A program made the translations under genes and the position numbers. The notes below the pieces were generated by a model. It was not told the DNA's origin. It worked only from the letters and a program-made list of their open reading frames with translations, and searched no databases. A stretch of DNA of 64,000 nt from an uncultured Bacteroidales bacterium (GTDB lineage: Bacteria; Bacteroidota; Bacteroidia; Bacteroidales; FEN-979). The stretch is taken from assembly GCA_903828645.1 (NCBI GenBank), contig CAIKNA010000338.1, forward strand, positions 1,468 through 65,467, written 5' to 3'. Positions 27,234 to 36,462 of this stretch are shown in pieces. Every line of letters starts with the position of its first letter. Within the stretch, counting starts at the first letter, position 1.

Positions 27234-27693
27234 CGTCAGAACAGGCTGTCTCTTCTATTAAAATCTTGTCATTGATTTGAAGAGTGGCCAACCCGTCACA
27301 GGTTATTTTGATCCTTTTGATCGTGTTATTCACTGAAACAGTCAGAATATTGTTTTCAATGCCGGCAATAAAGCCGATCAGGTGAACATCCGGTTTAATT
27401 TTCGTACCGTTGAAAACTTCACCAGGCTTTCTCTGTTCCTGAATTTTCCCGTTCTCAATGACGTACACAAAATCAGATAACCTGTAAACTCCGCTGATAT
27501 CATGACTCACCAGGAGGGTCGTGGCCTGGAAATTCGCATGTGCCTGGATAATCTCATGTTGCAGGCTTTGCCTGGTTTCGCTGTCTAACGCTGATAACGG
27601 TTCATCCAGCAATCATATCTTAGGTTTTCGTGCCAGGGCCCTTGCAACGGCTAACCGTTGCTGCTGTCCGCAAAGATCAGCTGAAAACAAAAT
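27214..27693 (-). pseudogene. ABC-transporter ATPase relic (ModC-like, TOBE-type C-terminus): 5'-truncated, in-frame TGA, damaged signature motif
   Basis: Minus strand reads [40 protein letters not shown]...LLVSHD..., then a TOBE-like tail. The TGA is at 27613-27615. LSGGQ is reduced to LCGQ. The Walker A region is absent. Confidence 0.65.
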
Positions 27694-27954
27694 GTCGAAA
27701 GGTTTCTAATATTCGAAAACAGAAATTGTCAAAAACAGCAAACAGGAAGAGGTCCTCCCGATGATTATTTGCTTAATCGGGAATAGAGTTAAATGGTGAA
27801 CCGTTAATCCCAAAAATTCATCAACAAATTGTGAAAGGAGGGTAAATTTGTCAGCATTAAAACTTACTTGAACAATGAAGAAACCAGCCTGATGATTTCA
27901 AGTTATACTTTAGCAATCTGAATTAATCAGAGAAAATATCTAAAACACCTGAAA

Positions 27955-30900
27955 ATGAGGGTAAAATTATTCGCTGCAATCTTATTTCTTGTGATTCAGC
28001 TCCCGTTTGCATCCCTGTTTGCACAAACCTCCGTTGTGAAGGGAACTGTTCTTTCCAAGGACGACAACCAGTCTGTACCCGGGGTTAATGTTGTCGTAAA
28101 AGGGTCGTCCCATGGGGTTTCTACCGACATTGAAGGACGATATTCCATCCAGGCTGATAAGAAGGATGTGCTGGTTTTCAGCTTTATTGGTTTCCAGCCT
28201 CAGGAGTTCCTGGTTGGCGAGCAGAAGGAGATCAATGTGGTCCTGATCCCCGTAACGACCAATCTTGACGAGGTAGTGGTTGTTGGATACGGATCAAAAA
28301 AGAAGAGTGATTTGATCGGGGCAGTCTCTTCCGTAAAAAATTCCGAACTGATTGCCATTCCCTCTTCAGATATACAGGGAATGCTCAAAGGGCAAGTTGC
28401 CGGGTTGGCCGTATCTGTTGCAAGTGCAGCTCCCGGGGGAAGTTCAAATGTTCTGCTGCGTGGTACCAACTCACTGAAAGGCGGAACATCACCCCTGTAT
28501 GTTGTTGACGGACTGCCGATCGACAACATCAACGAAATAAACGTGAATGACATTGAAACCGTAAGCGTCCTGAAGGATGCCTCAGCCCAGGCCATATACG
28601 GTGCCAGGGCTTCCAATGGCGTTATCCTGATCACCACCCGGAGGGGCGTTAATTCCAAGGGGAAGATCAATGTTACCTATGATGGCTATGTGACTTTCCA
28701 GAATGTGAGCAAACAGATGAAACTTTTCTCTGCGCAGGATTATATTCAACTAAGACGCGAGGCCTTCAGGGCAGACAATGCCGATTCGGCCAATGGTTGG
28801 AAGGGCACATACCTGCCCGACAGCATTATTTTCAACCCCACGGAACAGCAAAACATTAAAAATGGAAATTTTGTAGACTGGCTCGACCTGGCTTTCAAGA
28901 AAAACGCCTTACTCACCAAGCATGATATCGGCATTTCGGGAGGTAATGAACACACCAGGTATTCCGCTTCCATAGGCATTTTTTACCAGGACGGAATCCG
29001 GTTGAGCTCCGATTATAAACGGTACAACGGGAAACTCGTTCTCGACCAGGATGTTACAAAATGGTTGACGGTGGGTGCATCTGCTTACTATTCGCACTAT
29101 GTGCAGAACCTTGAAACCCAATCGCTGACGGGCTTCATCACTTTTTCACCTATCGCCGACCTTTACAATGCGAATGGCGAGATGAATCTCTATCCATTGG
29201 GTGATTTCAAATCAGTTAATCCTTTATGGTGGGAGAAAACCCAGGATTCAACTTATATCGGCGACCGCGGCATCTATACCGGTTATCTCGAGATACACCC
29301 CTTACCGATCCCGGGCCTGAAGTACCACCTTAATGGCAGTTTTGACAACAGCTACAGGCAGGCAGGTGGATTCCACACCCTGGATGATCCCAACAAGTAC
29401 CTGGGAAAAGGATATATCAATGTTACTTACCGTAAAATCTGGAATTACAACATTGAAAACATACTTACATACGAAGCCAAGGCTTTCAAGACCCACCGTT
29501 ATGATATCACCATGATGCAGAGTGTATTCCGGCGTGATGAAATATCCACCTCTGCCAGTGCCACCAAACTTGCCAATGATTTTTTCGGGCTTAACAGCCT
29601 CGGTTCCGCCCTGGAATCGGGGGTCAACCGGATTGAGCAGCAGCGCAGCATGGTTTCTTTCATGGGTCGTGTCAATTATATCATCAATGACAAATATCTT
29701 TTCAATTTCACCATCCGCGCCGACGGCTCCTCCGTGTTTGGATCGAATAACAAATGGGGATATTTCCCCTCTGGTGCTTTTTCCTGGAATATGCAGAATG
29801 AAAAATTCATGAAGGGGGTCAAATGGATATCAGAGTCAAAACTCAGACTCAGCGCCGGACAGATCGGGAATGAGGGAATCCCTCCTTATGGAAGCCTTTC
29901 ACTGGCAGATCCTGCCTTCTATGTGAGCAACGGGAATCCTGTGATTGGCTACCTGCCTGGAACAAGTCTGCCAAATCCAAACCTTAAGTGGGAAACAACA
30001 ACAACTTTCAACATTGGTTATGATTTCTCCCTGTTTAAAAGCCGCTTATTCGGAAGTTTTGAGGTATATAAGAAAATCACTACGAACCTGCTTGTCAACC
30101 GGCTAATTCCAACCGGCCTGGGCTATTCCAGTATTCCTGATAATCTTGGGGAGATTCAGAATACGGGCTTCGAAGCCGGCCTGAATGGTTTTGTCGTATC
30201 GAACCATGACCTTTCGTGGATGGTCGGTGCCAAATTCGCGATGAATAAAAACAAACTGACCAAAGGTGTTTTAGTTGATCCGGTGACCGGTCAATATGTG
30301 GATGATGTGCTTAACAAATGGTTTATCGGGCAACCTGTCAATGTTTATTATGATTATAAATATCTGGGTATCTGGCAGATCGGTGATGATATTGCCCATT
30401 CCCCGCAGCCGAAAGCCCGCCCGGGAGATGTCAGGGTGGCGGATGTAAGTGGTCCCAAAGGGGTTCCTGATGGTATCATCACCGCGGATGACAGGGTCGT
30501 GATTCACCGTGATCCGGATTTCATCATGTCATTCAATACCACGCTCAAGTATAAAGGACTTGAATTTTCTGCCGATGTATACATAGTAAAAGGGCCGATC
30601 CGCAGCAACCTGTTCATGTCTGATTATAATTCCGGTGGGACCATGCAGGGAAACCTGAACGGGGTATACCGTGATTACTGGCTCCCCGAAACCGGGGGTA
30701 CAACCGCATTCAGGCCTCACTATGACAATGGCCTGGTTACGCAATACATGAGTGCATTGAATTACCAGGATGCTTCCTATGTTCGTCTTACCAATGTGAC
30801 GATTGCCTATAACCTGCCCGACAAATGGGTAAAAGCGATGAAGATGACAAGATTTAAAATATATGTAAGGGGAGACCGGTTGTTCACCTTTACAAAATAC

Positions 30901-30981
30901 CAGTCTTTCGGGCCCGAAACCGATCCCGACGGTTATCCCGAGTCGCGTGATGTGACAGTTGGAGTAAATGTTAATTTTTAA
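27955..30981 (+). CDS. susC: SusC/RagA-family TonB-dependent outer-membrane transporter
   Basis: 1008 aa with a signal peptide. A carboxypeptidase-regulatory-like domain (VKGTVLSKDDNQSVPGVNVVVKG) is followed by a plug (DEVVVVGYGSKKKSDLIGAVS; LKGQVAGL; PLYVVDG) and a C-terminal beta-barrel ending ..VGVNVNF. A SusD gene lies directly downstream. Confidence 0.93.
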   Translation: MRVKLFAAILFLVIQLPFASLFAQTSVVKGTVLSKDDNQSVPGVNVVVKGSSHGVSTDIEGRYSIQADKKDVLVFSFIGFQPQEFLVGEQKEINVVLIPVTTNLDEVVVVGYGSKKKSDLIGAVSSVKNSELIAIPSSDIQGMLKGQVAGLAVSVASAAPGGSSNVLLRGTNSLKGGTSPLYVVDGLPIDNINEINVNDIETVSVLKDASAQAIYGARASNGVILITTRRGVNSKGKINVTYDGYVTFQNVSKQMKLFSAQDYIQLRREAFRADNADSANGWKGTYLPDSIIFNPTEQQNIKNGNFVDWLDLAFKKNALLTKHDIGISGGNEHTRYSASIGIFYQDGIRLSSDYKRYNGKLVLDQDVTKWLTVGASAYYSHYVQNLETQSLTGFITFSPIADLYNANGEMNLYPLGDFKSVNPLWWEKTQDSTYIGDRGIYTGYLEIHPLPIPGLKYHLNGSFDNSYRQAGGFHTLDDPNKYLGKGYINVTYRKIWNYNIENILTYEAKAFKTHRYDITMMQSVFRRDEISTSASATKLANDFFGLNSLGSALESGVNRIEQQRSMVSFMGRVNYIINDKYLFNFTIRADGSSVFGSNNKWGYFPSGAFSWNMQNEKFMKGVKWISESKLRLSAGQIGNEGIPPYGSLSLADPAFYVSNGNPVIGYLPGTSLPNPNLKWETTTTFNIGYDFSLFKSRLFGSFEVYKKITTNLLVNRLIPTGLGYSSIPDNLGEIQNTGFEAGLNGFVVSNHDLSWMVGAKFAMNKNKLTKGVLVDPVTGQYVDDVLNKWFIGQPVNVYYDYKYLGIWQIGDDIAHSPQPKARPGDVRVADVSGPKGVPDGIITADDRVVIHRDPDFIMSFNTTLKYKGLEFSADVYIVKGPIRSNLFMSDYNSGGTMQGNLNGVYRDYWLPETGGTTAFRPHYDNGLVTQYMSALNYQDASYVRLTNVTIAYNLPDKWVKAMKMTRFKIYVRGDRLFTFTKYQSFGPETDPDGYPESRDVTVGVNVNF

Positions 30982-31004
30982 CCCCTGAGCAAAATTCAAC
31001 AACT

Positions 31005-32606
31005 ATGAAATTTAATACAACATTTGCTGCGATGCTCTTCATATTCACTCTTGGATTCACGGGATGTAAGAAATACCTTGAAGAGACCAATCCTTCGCAG
31101 GTTACCACGGATTTCCTCTACTCAACCCCGGAAGGCATTCAGGCTGCAGTGAACGGCCTTTATACCATGGAACGCGCACAGGTTGACGATAATGAGAGCA
31201 ATGACTTTGCGCTCGTCCAGGGCGATTTGGGTACCGATATCGATTTTATGCGGGCCGGCACCTACCCGAGTGTTGCACGGTACAGGCTTGACGGCAACCT
31301 TCCCAACCAGACCGTTATCCAGGGGTGGTGGCGCAAATGGTACCAGATCATCGAAAGGACGAACAGCATCATTACTTTTGGAAAACAGCTCAGCATGTCG
31401 GACAGTGCCAAAAAGCAACTCCTGAGGGAAGCTTATATCTACCGTGCTTATTCGTATTTCTGGCTTGTCCGCAAATTTGATAACATATGGTTAAATCTTG
31501 AGCCGACGACTTCGGCGAATTTTGAAAACCGGGTATACAAAGTAGCATCCCAGGACGAGGTTTACTCAACAATCATTTCCGATCTTGATATTGCCATCGG
31601 CTCTTATGGAAACACCTGGACTACCCGGCCCGGCCAGTTCGGCCTTGGTGCGGCGCTTTACCTCAGGATCGATGTTGCATTGTGGAGGAAGGATTATCAG
31701 CTGGCGGCTGCGCTGGCCGGCCGGTTGATCAATGAGGGCCCTTATGCACTGGTCGACCCGAACCTGATCTTTACAAAGGATGGAAGAAACGACACCAGGG
31801 AAGGGATATACGTTATGCAATTTGATGAATTTGCTGTCGGGGGAGGGAAGTTTCATCGGTTACCCCTTATTTTTACCGCAGATTATAAGTCTGTACCAGG
31901 AACCATGATGGTGTCGGAATATGGCGGGTACGGATGGGCCAGGATTTTCCCAAACGAATACCTGACCAGTTTGTACGACTCTGTTAATGATATACGATGG
32001 AATGCCTGGTTTCAGCATTACTATACCTATAATGATGCAACTTACAACTTCACAGGATTGTCATATAAGCTGGGTGATACGCTGAAGAATGGCCAGAATT
32101 CCACACTCACCGGATCCAACTATTTCAAGGATGCAAGTATCAGTTGCAAGAAATATTGGGATTGGATAAAAGTTCCGAAGGCGACAGTCTCCTACAACAA
32201 TATTTACATGTTCCGGTTCTCGGAGGTTTACCTGATGGCAGCCGAAGCCGAGTGGCGTTTGGGAAATACAGCACCGGCATTAGCCTATCTCAATACATTG
32301 AGACAGAGCAGGATTCTTCCGAATCCAAACCAATTGCTTACATCGGTTGACCAGGAGACCATCCTCGAAGAACACGCGAGGGAACTGGGATTGGAAGGGA
32401 AAAGATGGTTTTTCCTAAAAAGGCTCGGACTGCTTGTGGAACGCGTAAGGGAACACGGCGGAACAACCATGTTCAGGCATGTCATTGCAACTGACCCCAT
32501 CTGGTATTCTCAACGGACAAACATACAGGATTATCACGTGAGATGGCCGATCCCGCAGGCGGAAATTGATGCCATGGGCGGATTCCCGCAGAATACAGGC
32601 TACTGA
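31005..32606 (+). CDS. susD: SusD/RagB-family nutrient-binding outer-membrane lipoprotein
   Basis: 533 aa. The lipobox is LGFTGCKK. TPR-like SusD features are present (WRKWYQIIERTN, YIYRAYSYFWLV, FRFSEVYLMAAEA, ILEEHARELGLEGKRWFFLKR). Confidence 0.92.
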   Translation: MKFNTTFAAMLFIFTLGFTGCKKYLEETNPSQVTTDFLYSTPEGIQAAVNGLYTMERAQVDDNESNDFALVQGDLGTDIDFMRAGTYPSVARYRLDGNLPNQTVIQGWWRKWYQIIERTNSIITFGKQLSMSDSAKKQLLREAYIYRAYSYFWLVRKFDNIWLNLEPTTSANFENRVYKVASQDEVYSTIISDLDIAIGSYGNTWTTRPGQFGLGAALYLRIDVALWRKDYQLAAALAGRLINEGPYALVDPNLIFTKDGRNDTREGIYVMQFDEFAVGGGKFHRLPLIFTADYKSVPGTMMVSEYGGYGWARIFPNEYLTSLYDSVNDIRWNAWFQHYYTYNDATYNFTGLSYKLGDTLKNGQNSTLTGSNYFKDASISCKKYWDWIKVPKATVSYNNIYMFRFSEVYLMAAEAEWRLGNTAPALAYLNTLRQSRILPNPNQLLTSVDQETILEEHARELGLEGKRWFFLKRLGLLVERVREHGGTTMFRHVIATDPIWYSQRTNIQDYHVRWPIPQAEIDAMGGFPQNTGY

Positions 32607-32647
32607 CAGGGTCCTGGCAATTAAAAATCAATATTAACAGTGAATTT

Positions 32648-34990
32648 ATGATAACAGGGAAGAAAATTTTTACAATATTGCTGATGGTCGGGTTGGGCTG
32701 GAATTATGCAGATGGACAGACAACCTTCACCCCCCAGGAAGACAGCTATATTTATGCGGGGGGTACCAAGGCTAACGATCCATACGGGATTATCAACCCG
32801 GATACCCTGAAGACCAGGAAGAGTGTCGCTTCAGAGGAGTTTACCAGGGAAACATACGTGCTGTTCAACATAGGGCATTTTGATACGACTTTTTCTTCTG
32901 TAAAGGTGAAACTTTACGGCACAGTTGCCGAGACAAAGAGGACCCAGATCTTTTCCACAGATACCACCTGGATTGAAGAGACCCTGACCGGGAACAACCG
33001 CCCTTCGGGAATCTATATCAGTGATATAACGTTGACGCCAGGTACCGGGTACTACTCCTGGGATGTGACAAATTATATAAACCAGGCGGTGAGTGAAGGG
33101 CGTCACCGGGTTTCGTTTATCTTCAAGGACATGGCGGGAGCGGTTTCGACCAAGGATACGCCCTGGCATTCCAAGGAAAACCCGTCGGGCAAAGCTCCCC
33201 TCATCGAGTTGACCCCCGGACCGATGCCCTTTCACCGGCATGGCACCTATTTTATCGACCCGGTGATTGGCAATGACAGCAATTCGGCAGCAAGTCCGTT
33301 AGTAGCGTGGAAAACCCTTGACAGGATCAATTCGGAGTATTTTATTGCCGGCGACTCAATCCTGTTCAAATGCGACGGGGTGTGGAACGGCCAGCTGGCT
33401 CCCAAAGGAAGCGGTGCTCCGGGTAACCCCATTGTGATCGGCAGCTACGACAGCGGCAATAAACCCCTGATAAACGGGATGGGATTGTTTACCAATACCG
33501 TACAGTTCAATGGCCAGCATCACCTGGAAATCCAGGATCTGCACGTTACCAATTTAGGGAGTACAGCTGATTTCCGTCGGGCACTCTACTTCCAGGCAGA
33601 GGATATGGGCTCCATTGAACATGTCATGTTAAGGCGTATTGAAATCTCCGACGTGAACGGGCTGATGGATAATACGGATGCGGCAAAGAACTGCGGAGGA
33701 ATTATTTTCGAAATTTCCGGGACTGCCAGGGAAACCTGGTTCGATACACTGGTCATCGAAGATTGTTACATCCACGATGTAGACCGGAGTGGCATCGCGA
33801 ACCTGTCGACCTGGGAAAACCGCACCCTTACAGCAAACACGAACTGGGTTCCAAGCCGCAACATCATCATCCGGGGAAATATTTTCGAAAAGACAGGGGC
33901 CAATGCCCTTATTGTCAGGGTGGCCGATCAGCCTTTGATGGAACATAATTTATTTAATCAATGCGGGTTTAAGGGCACTGGAAATGCCTGTTTCAATTTT
34001 AATACGGATGGTGCCATCTGGCAGTACAATGAAGCCTGCTTCACGAAATATAATGCAGGGGATGAGGATGCCGGTGGCTTTGACAGCGATTTTAAATCGA
34101 TCAACTCCATCATACAATACAATTACAGCCATGACAACGAATGGGGGGCGGTACTGGTAACCGGTGGCCCGACCACTTCAGGAGGGTTCAACGACGGAAC
34201 AGTTGTGAGGTATAATCTGTTTGTCAATAACAAACATCATGAGATCAAAACATCAGGTCATTCAACCAACTCCTTTTTTTATAACAATACAGTGTACAAC
34301 CGACCCACCATGACCGGGATTGTTGTCATCTGGCATAAAAACTGGGATGGGTATTCGATCGATACACATTATTACAACAATCTCTTCCAGGTTCAGGGAT
34401 CCGGCGCCAGCGTAGATGTCGGGGGAAGCTCGGGCAATGTGTTTGATTACAACCTGTTCTGGGGAGCGAACATTGCAAATGAACCGGCCGATGACCACAA
34501 ACTTAAGTTAAATCCTTTGCTGGTTGCACCCGACTCAACAGGATATGGTGCGGATACCATTTGGGGTTACAGGTTGTCGAAAAACTCGCCCGCCATTAAT
34601 TCAGGGATGTCGGTACCGGGTGCACCAACTAGGGATATCGAGAAAAACCCTGTTCCGATGTACCTGGTTCCCGACCGCGGGGCTTTCGAATACAACGGGC
34701 CTTACGGAATTTTATCCCTGGCGGATAATTCCTCCATCCAGATCTTCCCGAATCCTGCCAGAGAACAGGTTAATATCCGGATGAAAAACATTCAGGGATC
34801 CATCTCCGCCATCCGGTTGTTTTCATTAGCCGGAATTCAGCTGTATGAGAAAACACTCACCTCTTATGAGGTCCCCGAAACGCTAACCCTCCCCCTGAAT
34901 CAGCTCAGGCTGGAACCCGGCTGTTACATTCTGAAGATTTATTCTGGTACTGACTGTCAATATGCGTCACTGTTGCTGATCGACAAATAA
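32648..34990 (+). CDS. T9SS cargo: DNRLRE-type N-terminal domain + right-handed parallel beta-helix + type-A C-terminal sorting domain (divergent member of the beta-helix trio)
   Basis: 780 aa with a signal peptide. The N-terminal part reads QEDSYIYAG...RETYVLFNI...WIEETLTGNNRPS...YYSWDVTNYI. The beta-helix entry reads YFIDPVIGNDSNSAASPLVAWKTLDRIN...GDSILFKCDGVWNGQLAPKGSGAPGNPIVIGSY. The CTD reads IQIFPNPAREQVNIRM...GCYILKIY. Confidence 0.75.
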   Translation: MITGKKIFTILLMVGLGWNYADGQTTFTPQEDSYIYAGGTKANDPYGIINPDTLKTRKSVASEEFTRETYVLFNIGHFDTTFSSVKVKLYGTVAETKRTQIFSTDTTWIEETLTGNNRPSGIYISDITLTPGTGYYSWDVTNYINQAVSEGRHRVSFIFKDMAGAVSTKDTPWHSKENPSGKAPLIELTPGPMPFHRHGTYFIDPVIGNDSNSAASPLVAWKTLDRINSEYFIAGDSILFKCDGVWNGQLAPKGSGAPGNPIVIGSYDSGNKPLINGMGLFTNTVQFNGQHHLEIQDLHVTNLGSTADFRRALYFQAEDMGSIEHVMLRRIEISDVNGLMDNTDAAKNCGGIIFEISGTARETWFDTLVIEDCYIHDVDRSGIANLSTWENRTLTANTNWVPSRNIIIRGNIFEKTGANALIVRVADQPLMEHNLFNQCGFKGTGNACFNFNTDGAIWQYNEACFTKYNAGDEDAGGFDSDFKSINSIIQYNYSHDNEWGAVLVTGGPTTSGGFNDGTVVRYNLFVNNKHHEIKTSGHSTNSFFYNNTVYNRPTMTGIVVIWHKNWDGYSIDTHYYNNLFQVQGSGASVDVGGSSGNVFDYNLFWGANIANEPADDHKLKLNPLLVAPDSTGYGADTIWGYRLSKNSPAINSGMSVPGAPTRDIEKNPVPMYLVPDRGAFEYNGPYGILSLADNSSIQIFPNPAREQVNIRMKNIQGSISAIRLFSLAGIQLYEKTLTSYEVPETLTLPLNQLRLEPGCYILKIYSGTDCQYASLLLIDK

Positions 34991-34999
34991 ATAGACGTT

Positions 35000-36406
35000 A
35001 TGGTCACTGCCCTGAGAATCACAAATTTTATTTGCCTGTTCCTGATTCTGATCGTATCCTGCGTTTCAAGCCATACCGTTCCTGTGTGCGGGAAAACCAG
35101 CATCGAAGCCAGGCAATGGAGTAAGGTGGATGGCGTGGTAAATTATTCTGACTGGAAACTATTTCATGCCACCACCATGGAAGACCTCAAAGGATTTAAA
35201 AGGAATTCAGCTAGCCCGGAGACCATTTATGGGAGTGACCAAAGAAAAGAGTTCAAGGCTACCGGGTTCTATTACACAACCCTGGATGGGGACCGCTGGT
35301 GGATTGTTGACCCTGCTGGCAATGCAAACCTGAATGTGGCTGTGAACGGTGTTCGGCCGGGAAGTTCGGCAAGAAACGAAAAATCTCTCCTGGAAAAATT
35401 TGGTTCGGAGGAGAGTTGGATCACCCGTACACAACAGGATTTAAGGGCAACCGGCTTTAATGGCACAGCCTGCTGGTCGGAAATTCCCCTGGTGAAATAT
35501 GGCAACCAGCATTGTTCGACCCCATTAAGTTACACGCTCATGTTAAGCCTGTGGTCGGGGTACCAGAAACAGGCGAAGAAAAATCATTCCCAGGGAACAT
35601 CCTTCAACGTCTTTGATGCTGAATTTGAGACCTATGCAGATAACCAGGCACAAAAATTAGTTGAAACCAGGGATGATCCCATGTTGCTGGGATATTTCTC
35701 TGATAACGAGTTGACTTTCAATCCTGACATCCTGGATGAATATCTTTCGGCAGGGGATTCGAACAATCCGAACTACAAAGCGGCAAAAAGCTGGATCGAT
35801 CGGCAGGGGGTTACCAGGGAAAATGTTACAGACCTTCAACGCCAGCAGTTTCTGGGTGTTGTGGCAGACCACTACTACAAGGTAGTGACCGGTGCAATTA
35901 AAAAATATGACCACAACCATATGTACCTGGGCAGCAGGTTGCATGGAAAGCCCAAACATAATGAATACATCATAGCTGCAGCCGGAAAGTACTGCGATAT
36001 CCTTTCAATAAATTATTATGGACAGTGGGAACCTTCACCAAAGCATTTTACCGAATGGCGCAAATGGTCCGGCAAACCCGTAATCATTACTGAATTTTAC
36101 GTAAAAGGGGATGATTCGGGACTGCCCAATATGTCAGGTGCAGGCTGGCGGGTGAAAACGCAGGAGGAGCGGGGAATATTTTATGAAAACTTCTGTATTA
36201 AACTCTTACAGATGAAAAACTGCGTAGGATGGCATTGGTTCAGGTACATGGACAACGATCCGACCGACACAACGGCCGATGAGTCAAACAATGATTCGAA
36301 CAAAGGGATCGTGAACAATTATTACGAGTATTATCAGCCGCTTACACACCATATGAAGGAATTGAACGACAACAGGTATAACCTGGTACGGTACTTCGAT
36401 AACTAA
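35000..36406 (+). CDS. Putative clan-GH-A-like (TIM-barrel) glycoside hydrolase lipoprotein, family not assignable by eye
   Basis: 468 aa. The lipoprotein-type leader is FLILIVSCVS. Candidate acid/base residue is in YFSDNELTF and candidate nucleophile in PVIITEFYVKGDDSG. The tail reads CVGWHWFRYMDNDP...NKGIV. Confidence 0.4.
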   Translation: MVTALRITNFICLFLILIVSCVSSHTVPVCGKTSIEARQWSKVDGVVNYSDWKLFHATTMEDLKGFKRNSASPETIYGSDQRKEFKATGFYYTTLDGDRWWIVDPAGNANLNVAVNGVRPGSSARNEKSLLEKFGSEESWITRTQQDLRATGFNGTACWSEIPLVKYGNQHCSTPLSYTLMLSLWSGYQKQAKKNHSQGTSFNVFDAEFETYADNQAQKLVETRDDPMLLGYFSDNELTFNPDILDEYLSAGDSNNPNYKAAKSWIDRQGVTRENVTDLQRQQFLGVVADHYYKVVTGAIKKYDHNHMYLGSRLHGKPKHNEYIIAAAGKYCDILSINYYGQWEPSPKHFTEWRKWSGKPVIITEFYVKGDDSGLPNMSGAGWRVKTQEERGIFYENFCIKLLQMKNCVGWHWFRYMDNDPTDTTADESNNDSNKGIVNNYYEYYQPLTHHMKELNDNRYNLVRYFDN

Positions 36407-36462
36407 GCCTGATCCGCCGAAAATAGCTAACTTTACATCCTTGCTAATCCCCAGGTTGCCCA

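Noticed and set aside
27700-27954. Bacteroidota-type promoter (TTTG ... TAnnTTTG) upstream of susC, and similarly upstream of 40781 and 55160
   Set aside because: Only partial matches (for example TATACTTTAG) can be found by eye in AT-rich spacers, which is not distinguishable from chance without TSS data. No promoter is reported.
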